Below, piece by piece: positions 30,438-42,500 of a stretch of 64,000 nucleotides of DNA. Below the pieces are notes generated by a model that was not told the DNA's origin, made no database searches, and saw only the letters and a program-made list of their open reading frames with translations. Position numbers and translations under genes: made by a program. Source of the DNA: Guillardia theta CCMP2712 (Eukaryota; Protista; Cryptophyta); assembly GCF_000315625.1 (NCBI RefSeq), contig NW_005434582.1, positions 62,001-126,000 on the forward strand, read 5' to 3'. Numbering within the stretch: the stretch's first letter is position 1; every line of letters begins with the position of its first letter.

Positions 30438-31405
30438 ATGCAGTTACTGCTCCGCCGCGTCTGGGCTGCTGGGACTAGCCTCCATGCAGGCCTCTCAGGC
30501 CTTCACCCGCGAGTACACTCCTTCATCACAGCTGCTGATGCATCATCTCGCAATCACTCCTTCATCACAGCTGCTCATGCATCATCTCGCAATCACTCCT
30601 TCACCACAGCTGCTGATACATTATTTCACGATCGCGCTTCAGCATATCTCAAGCATGCGTGTGAGTTGCTGAAGATTAAAGCTCCAACTGGGAACGCCTA
30701 TGCCGTTGCACTAGCGCTGAATGATAAGGATGCGGAGAAGGAGCTGCAGCTGCAGAAGAAGGATGCGGAGAAGCAGCTGCAGCTGCAGCTGCAGCTCCTG
30801 GAGAAAGATCATCAGATTATTGTCAACTACTACAAACGGCGAGTGGCATACATCACTCAGAGGTGTAGAGTTTGTTTGCCACCATGGTGTGGCCTCTACC
30901 CTCTACTGAATGATTGCACAAACACAGGTATCTGGTTGAGGATCTTTTCAGGAAAGCTATGGATATTATTGCCAACAGCAAGGACGAGGAGATCAACTCT
31001 GTACAGAAAGACTTGCCGCGGAAGGACTTGGGGCTGATGATGAAAAGAGAGCTTTCTATGAGTGCGATGAATAGGCACTTGCAGACGAATAATAGCTTAC
31101 GACTGGCCGTATGGAAACGGATGGGGTTACCAGAGGACCTTTTGATACCTAGGTTATCAGAAGAGAAGATGTTGTATGGGTACCTGTCGGAACACATCCA
31201 TGGACCGACGGGGCTGTTTGTGTTTTTATCTTCACGTGCAGCTAAAGAGGAGATCAGATTTTTCAGCGATGTTGCACACGTTTTCAAGAAGGAGGTGGAC
31301 TTTTTCGACGACGCGTCAGCAGAAGAGGGAGAGCTGATGGAAACTAAATCTATCCTGGAAAAATATAGGCGAAAATCTGAGGACGACAGCGAGCCAAAGC
31401 CATGA
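30438..31405 (+). CDS. Unknown protein, copy 1 (300 aa; exons 30438-30862, 30928-31405): presequence-like N-terminus, coiled coil, LYGYLSEHIHG motif
   Basis: Phase-2 GT-AG intron joins ..AYITQR|YLVEDLF..; 39-nt internal repeats (HSFITAAxASSRN). Confidence 0.75.
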
Positions 31406-31589
31406 CTTGAATAGGATCAAGGCACTTTTCGATATATGCTTGCTGATTACTGATCATAGTATGTTGCCTGCAGAGTCTTTCTGATATGCGACGCCGAGAT
31501 AGAAGCTTAGATCATTGTCTGTTGTCGTGTTGTACCCTTTTGTGTTAGTCATGAATTCGTCGAATGACGCAAACAAAACTGTACTGTTG

Positions 31590-32160
31590 CTTGCTTGAAT
31601 GATGTGGCCGCATCCACAACTAAGGCTATCAACATCTCCCCCTCCTGTTTGTCACGATCACCGATAATGGAAGAAGCAGTGATCTGATGTGCATGGTTGA
31701 AAGCAGCCGAAGTCCCGTAAGTCTTGACATAGTTTTTTCCAGAAGTTTCTGCCACTGCTAGGTAAACCGTAGACTGATTTGTTGCGGATTTTGAGGTATG
31801 GTGACTTGATATTGCAGAGCTCACGGAACTGTGGAGGTGTCTTGATCAGGATGTACACCGCCGTAGGTACGGATGCAGTCAAGTATGCCGTCGAGATGTC
31901 CTGGCATCGCATTAGGGCCATTGTTTGGCTCGAGCTATGGCAAGGAGTCATCGGATGGTGGCAGGATTTGCAGTCGCAGAGAACGAGTCTAGGTCATCAA
32001 TGCCCTGTACTGCGTTATACCCTCGGATGATTGCCCTTGCTTTATACTAGAGCCTTGTCCCTTGCTGATCTGATTGCTGAAATCAATGATGCGGTTCTAG
32101 GTTGTTGTCGTTGAGGGCTTCATTGATCGAAGGGTCATCATTCTCGCTCGGGCCTCCCCT
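31590..32160 (-). mobile_element. Degenerate Ty1/copia reverse transcriptase fragment (stops, frameshifts)
   Basis: DPSINEALN; YKARAIIRGYNAVQGIDDLDSFSATA..TIR*LLAIA; DISTAYL; KSVYGLPSSGRNFW; DHCFF; IALVVD. Confidence 0.85.
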
Positions 32161-33037
32161 CCCAGTGTGCCACGGTTGAATGTGTCTATCATTACTCCAC
32201 AGAGCTGGGCCTCTTTGTGAAGGCCTGCTCCTGATATGGGATGCCCCAGTTGATATAATGATCGAATGCAGCGCCCTAAGATGGTGTAGCAATGTGGCAT
32301 TGACGAATCTCTGGTGATAGAAGGAGGCAGTGGCGAGCAAGGTTTTCGATGGGACCAGGGCCAACAAATGCCTCAACGCCAGCTGAGGCAACATCTCTGA
32401 CACCTCTGATCACCACTTTAGCTGTGCGTGAAGATAAAAACACAAACAGCCCCGTCGGTCCATGAATCATCGACTCGCTTAAACCTGGTGGCGGCCTGGC
32501 TGCCATTGCGATTTCCTGCAAACTTGCGATTTATTGACTAAAAAAGGAAGGGCAAACCGGAGCAAACAAGGAGAAGGAGAAAACCGACAACTCCGCCTCA
32601 ATAAAACACTAGGAAAGGAAAGAGGCAGCAAGGATCAGGACAAGGAGCAGTAGCGCAAGGCCCCTGCAAGGAAGACGGCAAGACCCATGCGAGAGCGATA
32701 CTTACCCACCCCCTCCCCATTCACACACCCTGTGTATTTACGCGAAAGATACCGGTACTAGACCCTTTGATTGGCTGTTCCACCCCCGTGGCCCGGCCAT
32801 GGGGCCTGCGGTTTTGGCGCGGTCTGCAAAGGTTTGTGGCTCTTGACTTTCGCGGTAGTTTGAAACCTCTCTGAAAGTATTTCAATGCCCTCAAAACCAC
32901 CCGGTCTTTTGATGATCAAGTACCCACGTAAGTATGTCCATTCCAAGCCGAAGTTCTCTTTGAGCTCTGATTTCGACCTCAAAGCTCAACCCTCCCCAGT
33001 CTAAGCACCCCTCTCGCGAAACCGCGAAACTATCGCT

Positions 33038-34014
33038 ATGCAGTTACTGCTCCGCCGCGTCTGGGCTGCTGGGACTAGCCTCCATGCAGGCCTCTCAGGC
33101 CTTCACCCGCGAGTACACTCCTTCATCACAGCTGCTCATGCATCATCTCGCAATCACTCCTTCATCACAGCTGCTCATGCATCATCTCGCAATCACTCCT
33201 TCACCACAGCTGCTGATACATTATTTCACGATCGCGCTTCAGCATATCTCAAGCATGCGTGTGAGTTGCTGAAGATTAAAGCTCCAACTGGGAACGCCTA
33301 TGCCGTTGCACTAGCGCTGAATGATAAGGATGCGGAGAAGGAGCTGCAGCTGCAGAAGAAGGATGCGGAGAAGCAGCTGCAGCTGCAGCTGCAGCTCCTG
33401 GAGAAAGATCATCAGATTATTGTCAACTACTACAAACGGCGAGTGGCATACATCACTCAGAGGTGTAGAGTTTGTTTGCCACCATGGTGTGGCCTCTACC
33501 CTCTACTGAATGACTGTTGCACAAACACAGGTATCTGGTTGAGGATCTTTTCAGGAAAGCTATGGATATTATTGCCAACAGCAAGGACGAGGAGATCAAC
33601 TCTGTACAGAGAGACTTGCCGCGGAAGGACTTGGGGCTGATGATGAAAAGAGAGCTTTCTATGAGTGCGATGAATAGGCACTTGCAGACGAATAATAGCT
33701 TACGACTGGCCGTATGGAAACGGATGGGGTTACCAGAGGACCTTTTGATACCTAGGTTATCAGAAGAGAAGATGTTGTATGGGTACCTGTCGGAACACAT
33801 CCATGGACCGACGGGGCTGTTTGTGTTTTTATCTTCACGTGCAGCTAAAGAGGAGATCAGATTTTTCAGCGATGTTGCACACGTTTTCAAGAAGGAGGTG
33901 GACTTTTTCGACGACGCGTCAGCAGAAGAGGGAGAGCTGATGGAAACTAAATCTATCCTGGAAAAATATAGGCGAAAATCTGAGGACGACACTGTCAGCG
34001 AGCCAAAGCCATGA
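33038..34014 (+). CDS. Unknown protein, copy 2 (302 aa; exons 33038-33462, 33531-34014)
   Basis: Copy of 30438-31405 with an in-frame 6-nt insertion near the C-terminus. Confidence 0.75.
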
Positions 34015-34198
34015 CTTGAATAGGATCAAGGCACTTTTCGATATATGCTTGCTGATTACTGATCATAGTATGTTGCCTGCAGAGTCTTTCTGATATGCGA
34101 CGCCGAGATAGAAGCTTAGATCATTGTCTGTTGTCGTGTTGTACCCTTTTGTGTTAGTCATGAATTCGTCGAATGACGCAAACAAAACTGTACTGTTG

Positions 34199-34769
34199 CT
34201 TGCTTGAATGATGTGGCCGCATCCACAACTAAGGCTATCAACATCTCCCCCTCCTGTTTGTCACGATCACCGATAATGGAAGAAGCAGTGATCTGATGTG
34301 CATGGTTGAAAGCAGCCGAAGTCCCGTAAGTCTTGACATAGTTTTTTCCAGAAGTTTCTGCCACTGCTAGGTAAACCGTAGACTGATTTGTTGCGGATTT
34401 TGAGGTATGGTGACTTGATATTGCAGAGCTCACGGAACTGTGGAGGTGTCTTGATCAGGATGTACACCGCCGTAGGTACGGATGCAGTCAAGTATGCCGT
34501 CGAGATGTCCTGGCATCGCATTAGGGCCATTGTTTGGCTCGAGCTATGGCAAGGAGTCATCGGATGGTGGCAGGATTTGCAGTCGCAGAGAACGAGTCTA
34601 GGTCATCAATGCCCTGTACTGCGTTATACCCTCGGATGATTGCCCTTGCTTTATACTAGAGCCTTGTCCCTTGCTGATCTGATTGCTGAAATCAATGATG
34701 CGGTTCTAGGTTGTTGTCGTTGAGGGCTTCATTGATCGAAGGGTCATCATTCTCGCTCGGGCCTCCCCT
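34199..34769 (-). mobile_element. Degenerate copia RT fragment, copy 2
   Basis: Same sequence as 31590-32160. Confidence 0.85.
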
Positions 34770-35646
34770 CCCAGTGTGCCACGGTTGAATGTGTCTATCA
34801 TTACTCCACAGAGCTGGGCCTCTTTGTGAAGGCCTGCTCCTGATATGGGATGCCCCAGTTGATATAATGATCGAATGCAGCGCCCTAAGATGGTGTAGCA
34901 ATGTGGCATTGACGAATCTCTGGTGATAGAAGGAGGCAGTGGCGAGCAAGGTTTTCGATGGGACCAGGGCCAACAAATGCCTCAACGCCAGCTGAGGCAA
35001 CATCTCTGACACCTCTGATCACCACTTTAGCTGTGCGTGAAGATAAAAACACAAACAGCCCCGTCGGTCCATGAATCATCGACTCGCTTAAACCTGGTGG
35101 CGGCCTGGCTGCCATTGCGATTTCCTGCAAACTTGCGATTTATTGACTAAAAAAGGAAGGGCAAACCGGAGCAAACAAGGAGAAGGAGAAAACCGACAAC
35201 TCCGCCTCAATAAAACACTAGGAAAGGAAAGAGGCAGCAAGGATCAGGACAAGGAGCAGTAGCGCAAGGCCCCTGCAAGGAAGACGGCAAGACCCATGCG
35301 AGAGCGATACTTACCCACCCCCTCCCCATTCACACACCCTGTGTATTTACGCGAAAGATACCGGTACTAGACCCTTTGATTGGCTGTTCCACCCCCGTGG
35401 CCCGGCCATGGGGCCTGCGGTTTTGGCGCGGTCTGCAAAGGTTTGTGGCTCTTGACTTTCGCGGTAGTTTGAAACCTCTCTGAAAGTATTTCAATGCCCT
35501 CAAAACCACCCGGTCTTTTGATGATCAAGTACCCACATAAGTATGTCCATCCCAAGCCGAAGTTCTCTTTGAGCTCTGATTTCGACCTCAAAGCTCAACC
35601 CTCCCCAGTCTAAGCACCCCTCTCGCGAAACCGCGAAACTATCGCT

Positions 35647-36691
35647 ATGCAGTTACTGCTCCGCCGCGTCTGGGCTGCTGGGACTAGCCTCCATGCAGGC
35701 CTCTCAGGCCTTCACCCGCGAGTACACTCCTTCATCACAGCTGCTGATGCATCATCTCGCAATCGCTCCTTCATCACAGCTGCTCATGCATCATCTCGCA
35801 ATCACTCCTTCACCACAGCTGCTGATACATTATTTCACGATCGCGCTTCAGCATATCTCAAGCATGCGTGTGAGTTGCTGAAGATTAAAGCTCCAACTGG
35901 GAACGCCTATGCCGTTGCACTAGCGCTGAATGATAAGGATGCGGAGAAGGAGCTGCAGCTGCAGAAGAAGGATGCGGAGAAGCAGCTGCAGCTGCAGACG
36001 AAGGATGCGGAGAAGGAGCTGCAGCTGCAGAAGAAGGATGCGGAGAAGCAGCTGCAGCTGCAGCTGCAGCTCCTGGAGAAAGATCATCAGATTATTGTCA
36101 ACTACTACAAACGGCGAGTGGCATACATCACTCAGAGGTGTAGAGTTTGTTTGCCACCATGGTGTGGCCTCTACCCTCTACTGAATGATTGCACCGTCCA
36201 AACACAGGTATCTGGTTGAGGATCTTTTCAGGAAAGCTATGGATATTATTGCCAACAGCAAGGACGAGGAGATCAACTCTGTACAGAAAGACTTGCCGCG
36301 GAAGGACTTGGGGCTGATGATGAAAAGAGAGCTTTCTATGAGTGCGATGAATAGGCACTTGCAGACAAATAATAGCTTACGACTGGCCGTATGGAAACGG
36401 ATGGGGTTACCAGAGGACCTTTTGATACCTAGGTTATCAGAAAAGAAGATGTTGTATGGGTACCTGTCGGAACACATCCATGCCGCCGGACCGACGGGGC
36501 TGTTTGTGTTTTTATCTTCACGTGCAGCTAAAGAGGAGATCAGATTTTTCAGCGATGTTGCACACGTTTTCAAGAAGGAGGTGGACTTTTTCGACGACGT
36601 GTCAGCAGAAGAGGGAGAGCTGATGGAAACTAAATCTATCCTGGAAAAATATAGGCGAAAATCTGAGGACGACAGCGAGCCAAAGCCATGA
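35647..36691 (+). CDS. Unknown protein, copy 3 (324 aa; exons 35647-36137, 36208-36691)
   Basis: Copy with an in-frame 66-nt coiled-coil duplication and a 6-nt (AA) insertion after HIH. Confidence 0.75.
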
Positions 36692-36879
36692 CTTGAATAG
36701 GATCAAGGCACTTTTCGATATATGCTTGCTGATTACTGATCATAGTATGTTGCCTGCAGAGTCTTTCTGATACAGTGCGACGCCGAGATAGAAGCTTAGA
36801 TCATTGTCTGTTGTCGTGTTGTACCCTTTTGTGTTAGTCATGAATTCGTCGAATGACGCAAACAAAACTGTACTGTTGC

Positions 36880-37178
36880 TTGCTTGAATGATGTGGCCGC
36901 ATCCACAACTAAGGCTATCAACATCTCCCCCTCCTGTTTGTCACGATCACCGATAATGGAAGAAGCAGTGATCTGATGTGCATGGTTGAAAGCAGCCGAA
37001 GTCCCGTAAGTCTTGACATAGTTTTTTCCAGAAGTTTCTGCCACTGCTAGGTAAACCGTAGACTGATTTCAACCGTTGCGGATTTTGAGGTATGGTGACT
37101 TGATATTGCAGAGCTCATGGAACTGTGGAGGTGTCTTGATCAGGATGTACACCGCCGTAGGTACGGATGCAGTCAAGT
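36880..37178 (-). mobile_element. Truncated copia RT fragment, copy 3
   Basis: Matches the copy-1 relic up to gcagtcaagt, where the array ends. Confidence 0.75.
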
Positions 37179-37257
37179 CAGTGGATAAAGTGACATGTGG
37201 CACACAGCGATTGAATGGATGGAGAAGAAAGATTAATAGTAGGCATGCATCCTAGCA

Positions 37258-37445
37258 TAAACCCTCCACAATAAAAGGAACCCTCCACAAACCTTCCACA
37301 TATATTTGAAGAGTGAAATGGTAATAGAGAAAGGGGTTGTGTGGAGGGTTTGGAGGGTTTGGAGGGTGTGGAGGGTTGAAAATTGAATTGGGGAAAATCA
37401 AAAAATATTTGGGAGGAGCAAAATCAAACCCTCCACCCTCCACAC
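37258..37445. repeat. Direct and inverted (AACCCTCCA)/(TGGAGGGTT) short repeats
   Basis: aaaccctccaca-like x3, tggagggt(t/g) x4, then aaaccctccaccctccaca. Confidence 0.8.
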
Positions 37446-38099
37446 CTGCCACGGGTGTGATAATTTCATCAATGATGATTGTTTTCTTTTTATTCGGTTC
37501 AGGTCATCGGTTGGGTGCTCCGGGACCACTGTGCAGACGGCAGAACTTCGGAACGGCAGAAGGGAAGAACGGCCATTGGTCACCAAGGGGGGAGCAAGCT
37601 CCCGCGGCAAGGCTGCGCCATGCCTTTCCGCCCCCTTGCTGAAATCATGTGAAAGCCTGACGAGAATGATAAGGGAAAGTGATAGAGATAAGAAGGCAGT
37701 TGTTCATAGTTGAGTCACGAAGGAAAAGTGTAATACGTCAAAAAAGTCACGAAGAAAAAGTGTGATACCCAAAACGGTCAAATAAGTCAAATGGTATTAA
37801 GCTGCTAGCAGCTCTAGCCCGGGCCGCCTGAGCCTACTACGCCGCTCAGCGGCTGAGTGCCGTGCAGAGACTGAGGAAAACGGCGTTGAACGCCTCACTC
37901 GGAAATGTCAGATTCAAGCCTTGGATTCGGAAGGAATAGCACTGAAATGATACCAGGCTATGACATATCAAAACGACCAACCGGCAATAAGCGGTGGTCC
38001 CATCGAAAACCTTGCTCGCCACTGCCTCCTTCTATCACCAGAGATTCGTCAATGCCACATTGCTACACCATCTTAGGGCGCTGCATTCGATCATTATAT

Positions 38100-38496
38100 G
38101 AGTTCGGCACCCCGGCACCCTGGGACGCGGCGTGCCCGTACCCGGCAGTGACCGTACTAGCCTACGGTGCCACCGTGGGTGTGCCGCCGGGCCGCTGGCC
38201 GTGACTGGCAGCTGGCCCGGCGGCGCGTTGAAGTACGGTCCGGTCCGCAGGCTGGCTTCCGATTTCCAGTCCGGCGGTCGGTCCCGGCGCCGGCCGCGCC
38301 GCCCCGGGCCGGCACAGTGCTGGGAGTCTCCTATGATGAGTCATGCCCGACAGTGCCCGGCCGCCCCCCCCCCCCCCCCCGGCGCCGGGGCCCGGCCCGT
38401 ACCGTCACATGGCAAGTCACTGGGTGAGGGTCGACTCACAGGCTGGTTGGCCTGTGCGGCAGTGTCGTACTGATTTTAACTTAACTTTGAGTAAAG
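38100..38496. repeat. GC-rich intergenic island with shared terminal motif
   Basis: tcgtactgattttaacttaactttgagtaaag at 38465-38496; gtgagggtc and ggcaagtca shared with the 4560-5495 island. Confidence 0.55.
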
Positions 38497-39059
38497 GGTT
38501 CAAGACAAACGGACAGTGTCAACTTCACAGGTCTGAAACTTTTGGATTTGTTTGAAACTTTCAAGATAAATTATCAAAATAGATCTGAAAATTTCTCCAA
38601 TTTATTCGCCCAGATTCAAAAATTTCGGTTGTGCTGTAAGCATTCAAATCTGAAACGTTGAAGTTTTGATGACACGATTGAACGAAAAAGAGTCTTTTCA
38701 AGTCCAATTGAGTGTTTTCATAGGGGGTGGGGTAGGATGTGATGAGTAAATTAGGGGGTGATGTTATGGAGAAAAAGGGGGTACTGTTGTCATAAGTTGG
38801 ATGATGGGGTGTAGGGGGTATAACAACAAGGATGAACGGATGGAACACGTAGAAACGCAAGGGGAACAGGAGTGCGTCAACATGCGGACGAGGAGGAGGA
38901 GGAGGAGGAGGAGGAGGAGGAGGAGGAGGAGGAGGAGGAGGACGATAGCGAGAAAAATGAGAGAGAGGCTTGGAAAGCGTGCGCCAATCAGCACCGTTGA
39001 CTCGAAAGTGACTTGCAAGTTGTGAAGACTAGATTACGATCAAGTCGACGATGGCAAGG

Positions 39060-39124
39060 ATGACGGTGATGACGGTGATGACGGTGATGACGGTGATGAC
39101 GGTGATGACGGTGATGACGGTGAT
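39060..39124. repeat. 9-bp tandem repeat (TGACGGTGA) x7
   Basis: Direct reading. Confidence 0.9.
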
Positions 39125-39543
39125 AATAAGTTGATTCATGATTTGAGTTGTGCCACCAGTTGTGTGAATTGCCAAGGGAGTGTTTAGATAGCGATGAGTT
39201 CAACCATGACAAGGACATTTTTTATGGAGAACAGGTTGTCGGTGATTGTCAAGGTAGCCATCGTGCCTGGATGGGCAAAGATGGAGTATGCGCAGATGTA
39301 CACTTAGCAGATGAAAGTCCTTTAAAGGCGTAGAATGAAATAGTCTTATTCTCCGCGATTCTTGAGATGGCACGAGCAGTACCTTCAACCCTGGCTGCCT
39401 CTCCCGCAATGTGCTCGCCTCCTTCGATCTGCTCGCAAACCTACATGTAAAGATGCCCGCATGAGAGGCATGGCGCATTTCGATGAATGATTTGGAAGAA
39501 CCCACCCTTGTTCTCTTCAATTGTAACTCACCCTTTTGTCAGG

Positions 39544-42500
39544 ATGCGGGACCTGCTGCTGTTGGGATTCCTTTCATGCCTTACTGGCGTGTCATCCTTC
39601 ACCCAGCCCTCCCTCCTCTCACATGCTAGGCACTTTAGCCTTCACAGGTCCATCGCGAGTCGACGGGGCCCTCCGTTGAAACCTGCCCATGTCCGAACGC
39701 CCTGCCGTCTCCACACTAAGACTACCATGCTTCTGCGGCAATCGGCCGCTGAGCTGAACGCAATTGCGCAGGAGCTCCTTGCTGTGGGAGAGCTAGAGGT
39801 GGGGGAGGTGAACAGCTTGATCAAGCTGGGGAAGTTTGGGACGAGCAAGAGCGGAGCGGTGCTGGTGCGTGAAGGGCAGGACGTAACAGTTCCGCTCGAG
39901 GAGAGGAACGTTTACCTGCTGCTGTCAGGATCAGCAGAGGTCACGCGAGGAGGAGAGGTTGTCTCGAAGCTGAGCTCAGGGGAGTTCATCGGAGAGTCGA
40001 GGTTCCTGGAGGTTGAGACGCTGGAGAAGCTCAAAGTGATCAAGGCGGATTTCGTAGAGGAGACTTTCAGGAGCGTCGACCTCGACAAGAGCGGGAGTAT
40101 CAGCCCAGCCGAGCTCCAGACGACGGCGAAAGCGCGAGCTGGCATCGAGCTGAGCCTGGAGCAGGCGGAGCAGATCGTGGCTGCGGTTGACTCCAACAGC
40201 GATGGGGAGGTGCAGCTGGAAGAGGTCAAGAGGGCGGTAGCGAAGATGGAGGGGAAGGAGTTCATCAGGGACATGTTCCTGATGATGGACAAGGATGGAT
40301 CAGGAGCGATCGATGCGAGGGAGCTGCGGGCGGCGCTGGAGGACAAGCTTGGGGTGCAGCTCAACGACGAGCAGGCAACGAAGCTGATCGAGATCCTGTC
40401 GACCGGGAGGGATCAGCTGACGCTGAACCAAGTGATGATGCTCTCGCAGAAGATGAGGGAGAGTGAAGTACTCGAGCGGACCTTCAGGCTCTTCGACTCC
40501 GACGGCTCGGGGAAGATCGACATCAAGGAACTTGGGCCTCTGCTGGCTGCCCTCGGGGTCCAGCTGAGCAAGGAGCAGGTGCAGGTGCTGGTGCAGTCGC
40601 TGGACCTCAACAACGACGGGGAGATGGACGTGCAGGAGCTCAAGTCCGGCATCGCGAGGCTGCAGGGCAACGTCGTCGGCCGCTTCGGCAACGTCCTGCG
40701 GCTGTTCGAGGCGGTTGCCTTCGGCTCCCAGCGAGGGTCGCAAGTGTCAGTGACGGTGAAGGCAGGGGAAGGAGAGGAGGAGGCGAAATTCATCTCGTGG
40801 AGCATCCCCGAGCTGCTGGAGTTCTTCGCTAAGAATCCTTCCACCGCCTCCAAGGTCAAGTCCATCTGGGCCATCAAGCTCGCCATGAAGCTAAAGGCGA
40901 CGACTGGCCTGCTGTCCCCCAGCAAGCCCTCATCTACTCCTGCCTCGTCCCAGCAGCAGCAGAGCGAGGAGGGGGACCCCCTGACTCCTGCGGAAGGGAA
41001 GCCCGCGGACTACGGGTACGGCAGCAACTTCGTGTACGGGCGGTACGGGGATCTCGGACCTCTGAGACGGGCCGTGCCGGCGAACCTGGTGCGCATGGCG
41101 GTGTGGAACTTCGGGAGGGAGTATCGGGCACTGAGGAACGCGTTTCGGCTGGGGGAGGTGAGGGAGCTTGTCAACAGCGTGTCGGGGGCAGGCGCATGGT
41201 TCCGGTCCAAGCAGGCGCTCAGCAGGATGCTGGGGGAGTGCACGGAGGAGGAGAGGAGGGAGAAGCTGGCGGAGATCTTCAAGTCTATCGACAAGGACGA
41301 GTCGGGGGCGATCAGCGTGGAGGAGCTGCGGGTGGCGATCGGAGAGCTCGGAGTGGAGGCGACGAGCAAGCAGGTGGAAGGCATGCTCAAGGTGGCGGAT
41401 CAGGACGCGTCCAAGGAGATCTCGCTGGAGGAGTTCAGCTCCCTGGTCAACAGTCTCCTCAAGTCCGGGGACAAGTTTGACCTGATCATGAAGAAGAAGG
41501 GTTGGCTCCCTCCCCCCGTCGCCAAGTTCATCCTCTTCCTCACCTCCTTGCTCGGCAACGTGGACGAGGGCGTGGAGGAGGCACTCAAGGATAACCTGCG
41601 GCCCGTCCGGGGGTCCGAAGTCCCTCCTGAGGCGAGGAGGCTGCAAGAGAAGGTAGCTCGGCTCGTGCTGGACAACGACGCGGTGGCGAAGAGGGAGGAG
41701 ATCCGCATGGAACAACTGAAAGTTTCCCTTGAGAAGGCGCTGAAGGAGGAGAAGAGCCCAGCCCAGCAGGAGTTTGTGCAGTCCCTCCAGTTGACTGCCA
41801 CCCCAGCACTCATCATGGTGCCTTACACATTCCTCTGCTGGCTCATCGACGTTCTCTTCGTCAACCGCCCGATCCAGCGCTTCTGGTTCCTGGAGACGGT
41901 GGCTAGGATGCCCTACTTCTCCTACATCACCATGCTGACCCTGTACGAGTCGCTCGGGTGGTGGCGATCGTCCATGGACTCGAGAAGGGTTCACTTTGCG
42001 GAGGAATGGAACGAAGTCCAGCACCTCAAGATCATGGAGGCGTTGGGAGGGGACAGGAGCTGGTTCGATCGCTTCATGGGCAGGCATGCAGCGATCTTCT
42101 ACTTCATCATCCTCAACCACATCTGGCTCCTCTCCCCCTCTCTCGCCTACAACTTCTCCGAGCTGATTGAGTTCCATGCCGTCGACACGTACGGGGAGTT
42201 TGTTGACGCCAACGAGGAGCTTCTAAAGTCGCTTCCTCCCCCCCAGGAGGCGGTGGAGTACTACAACAGCAAGGATCTCTACCTCTTCGACGAGTTCCAG
42301 ACTGGGAGGACGCCCAAGTCGCGCAGGCCAGTGATCCGCTCCCTCTACGACGTGTTCTGCAACATCCGAGATGACGAGTTGGAGCATGTGAAGACCATGT
42401 TCCAGTGCCAGACCTCCCTCCAGCAGATCCAGAGCCCCAACGCGCAGGCGGCGGAGATGGAGAGGAAGCAAGAGGAGTCTGTGGAAGGGGGGATGGAGGG

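Larger units (their letters stand above)
30188..37178 (+). repeat. Tandem array of a ~2.6-kb unit, 2.7 copies (starts 30188, 32789, 35398; third truncated at ~37178)
   Basis: Near-identical sequence and ORFs recur at periods of ~2601 and 2609 bp. Confidence 0.97.

Noticed and set aside
30188-37178. Array as an intact LTR retrotransposon or CRISPR-like array
   Set aside because: No LTR pair or intact gag/pol, the RT is disrupted, and there is no repeat-spacer structure
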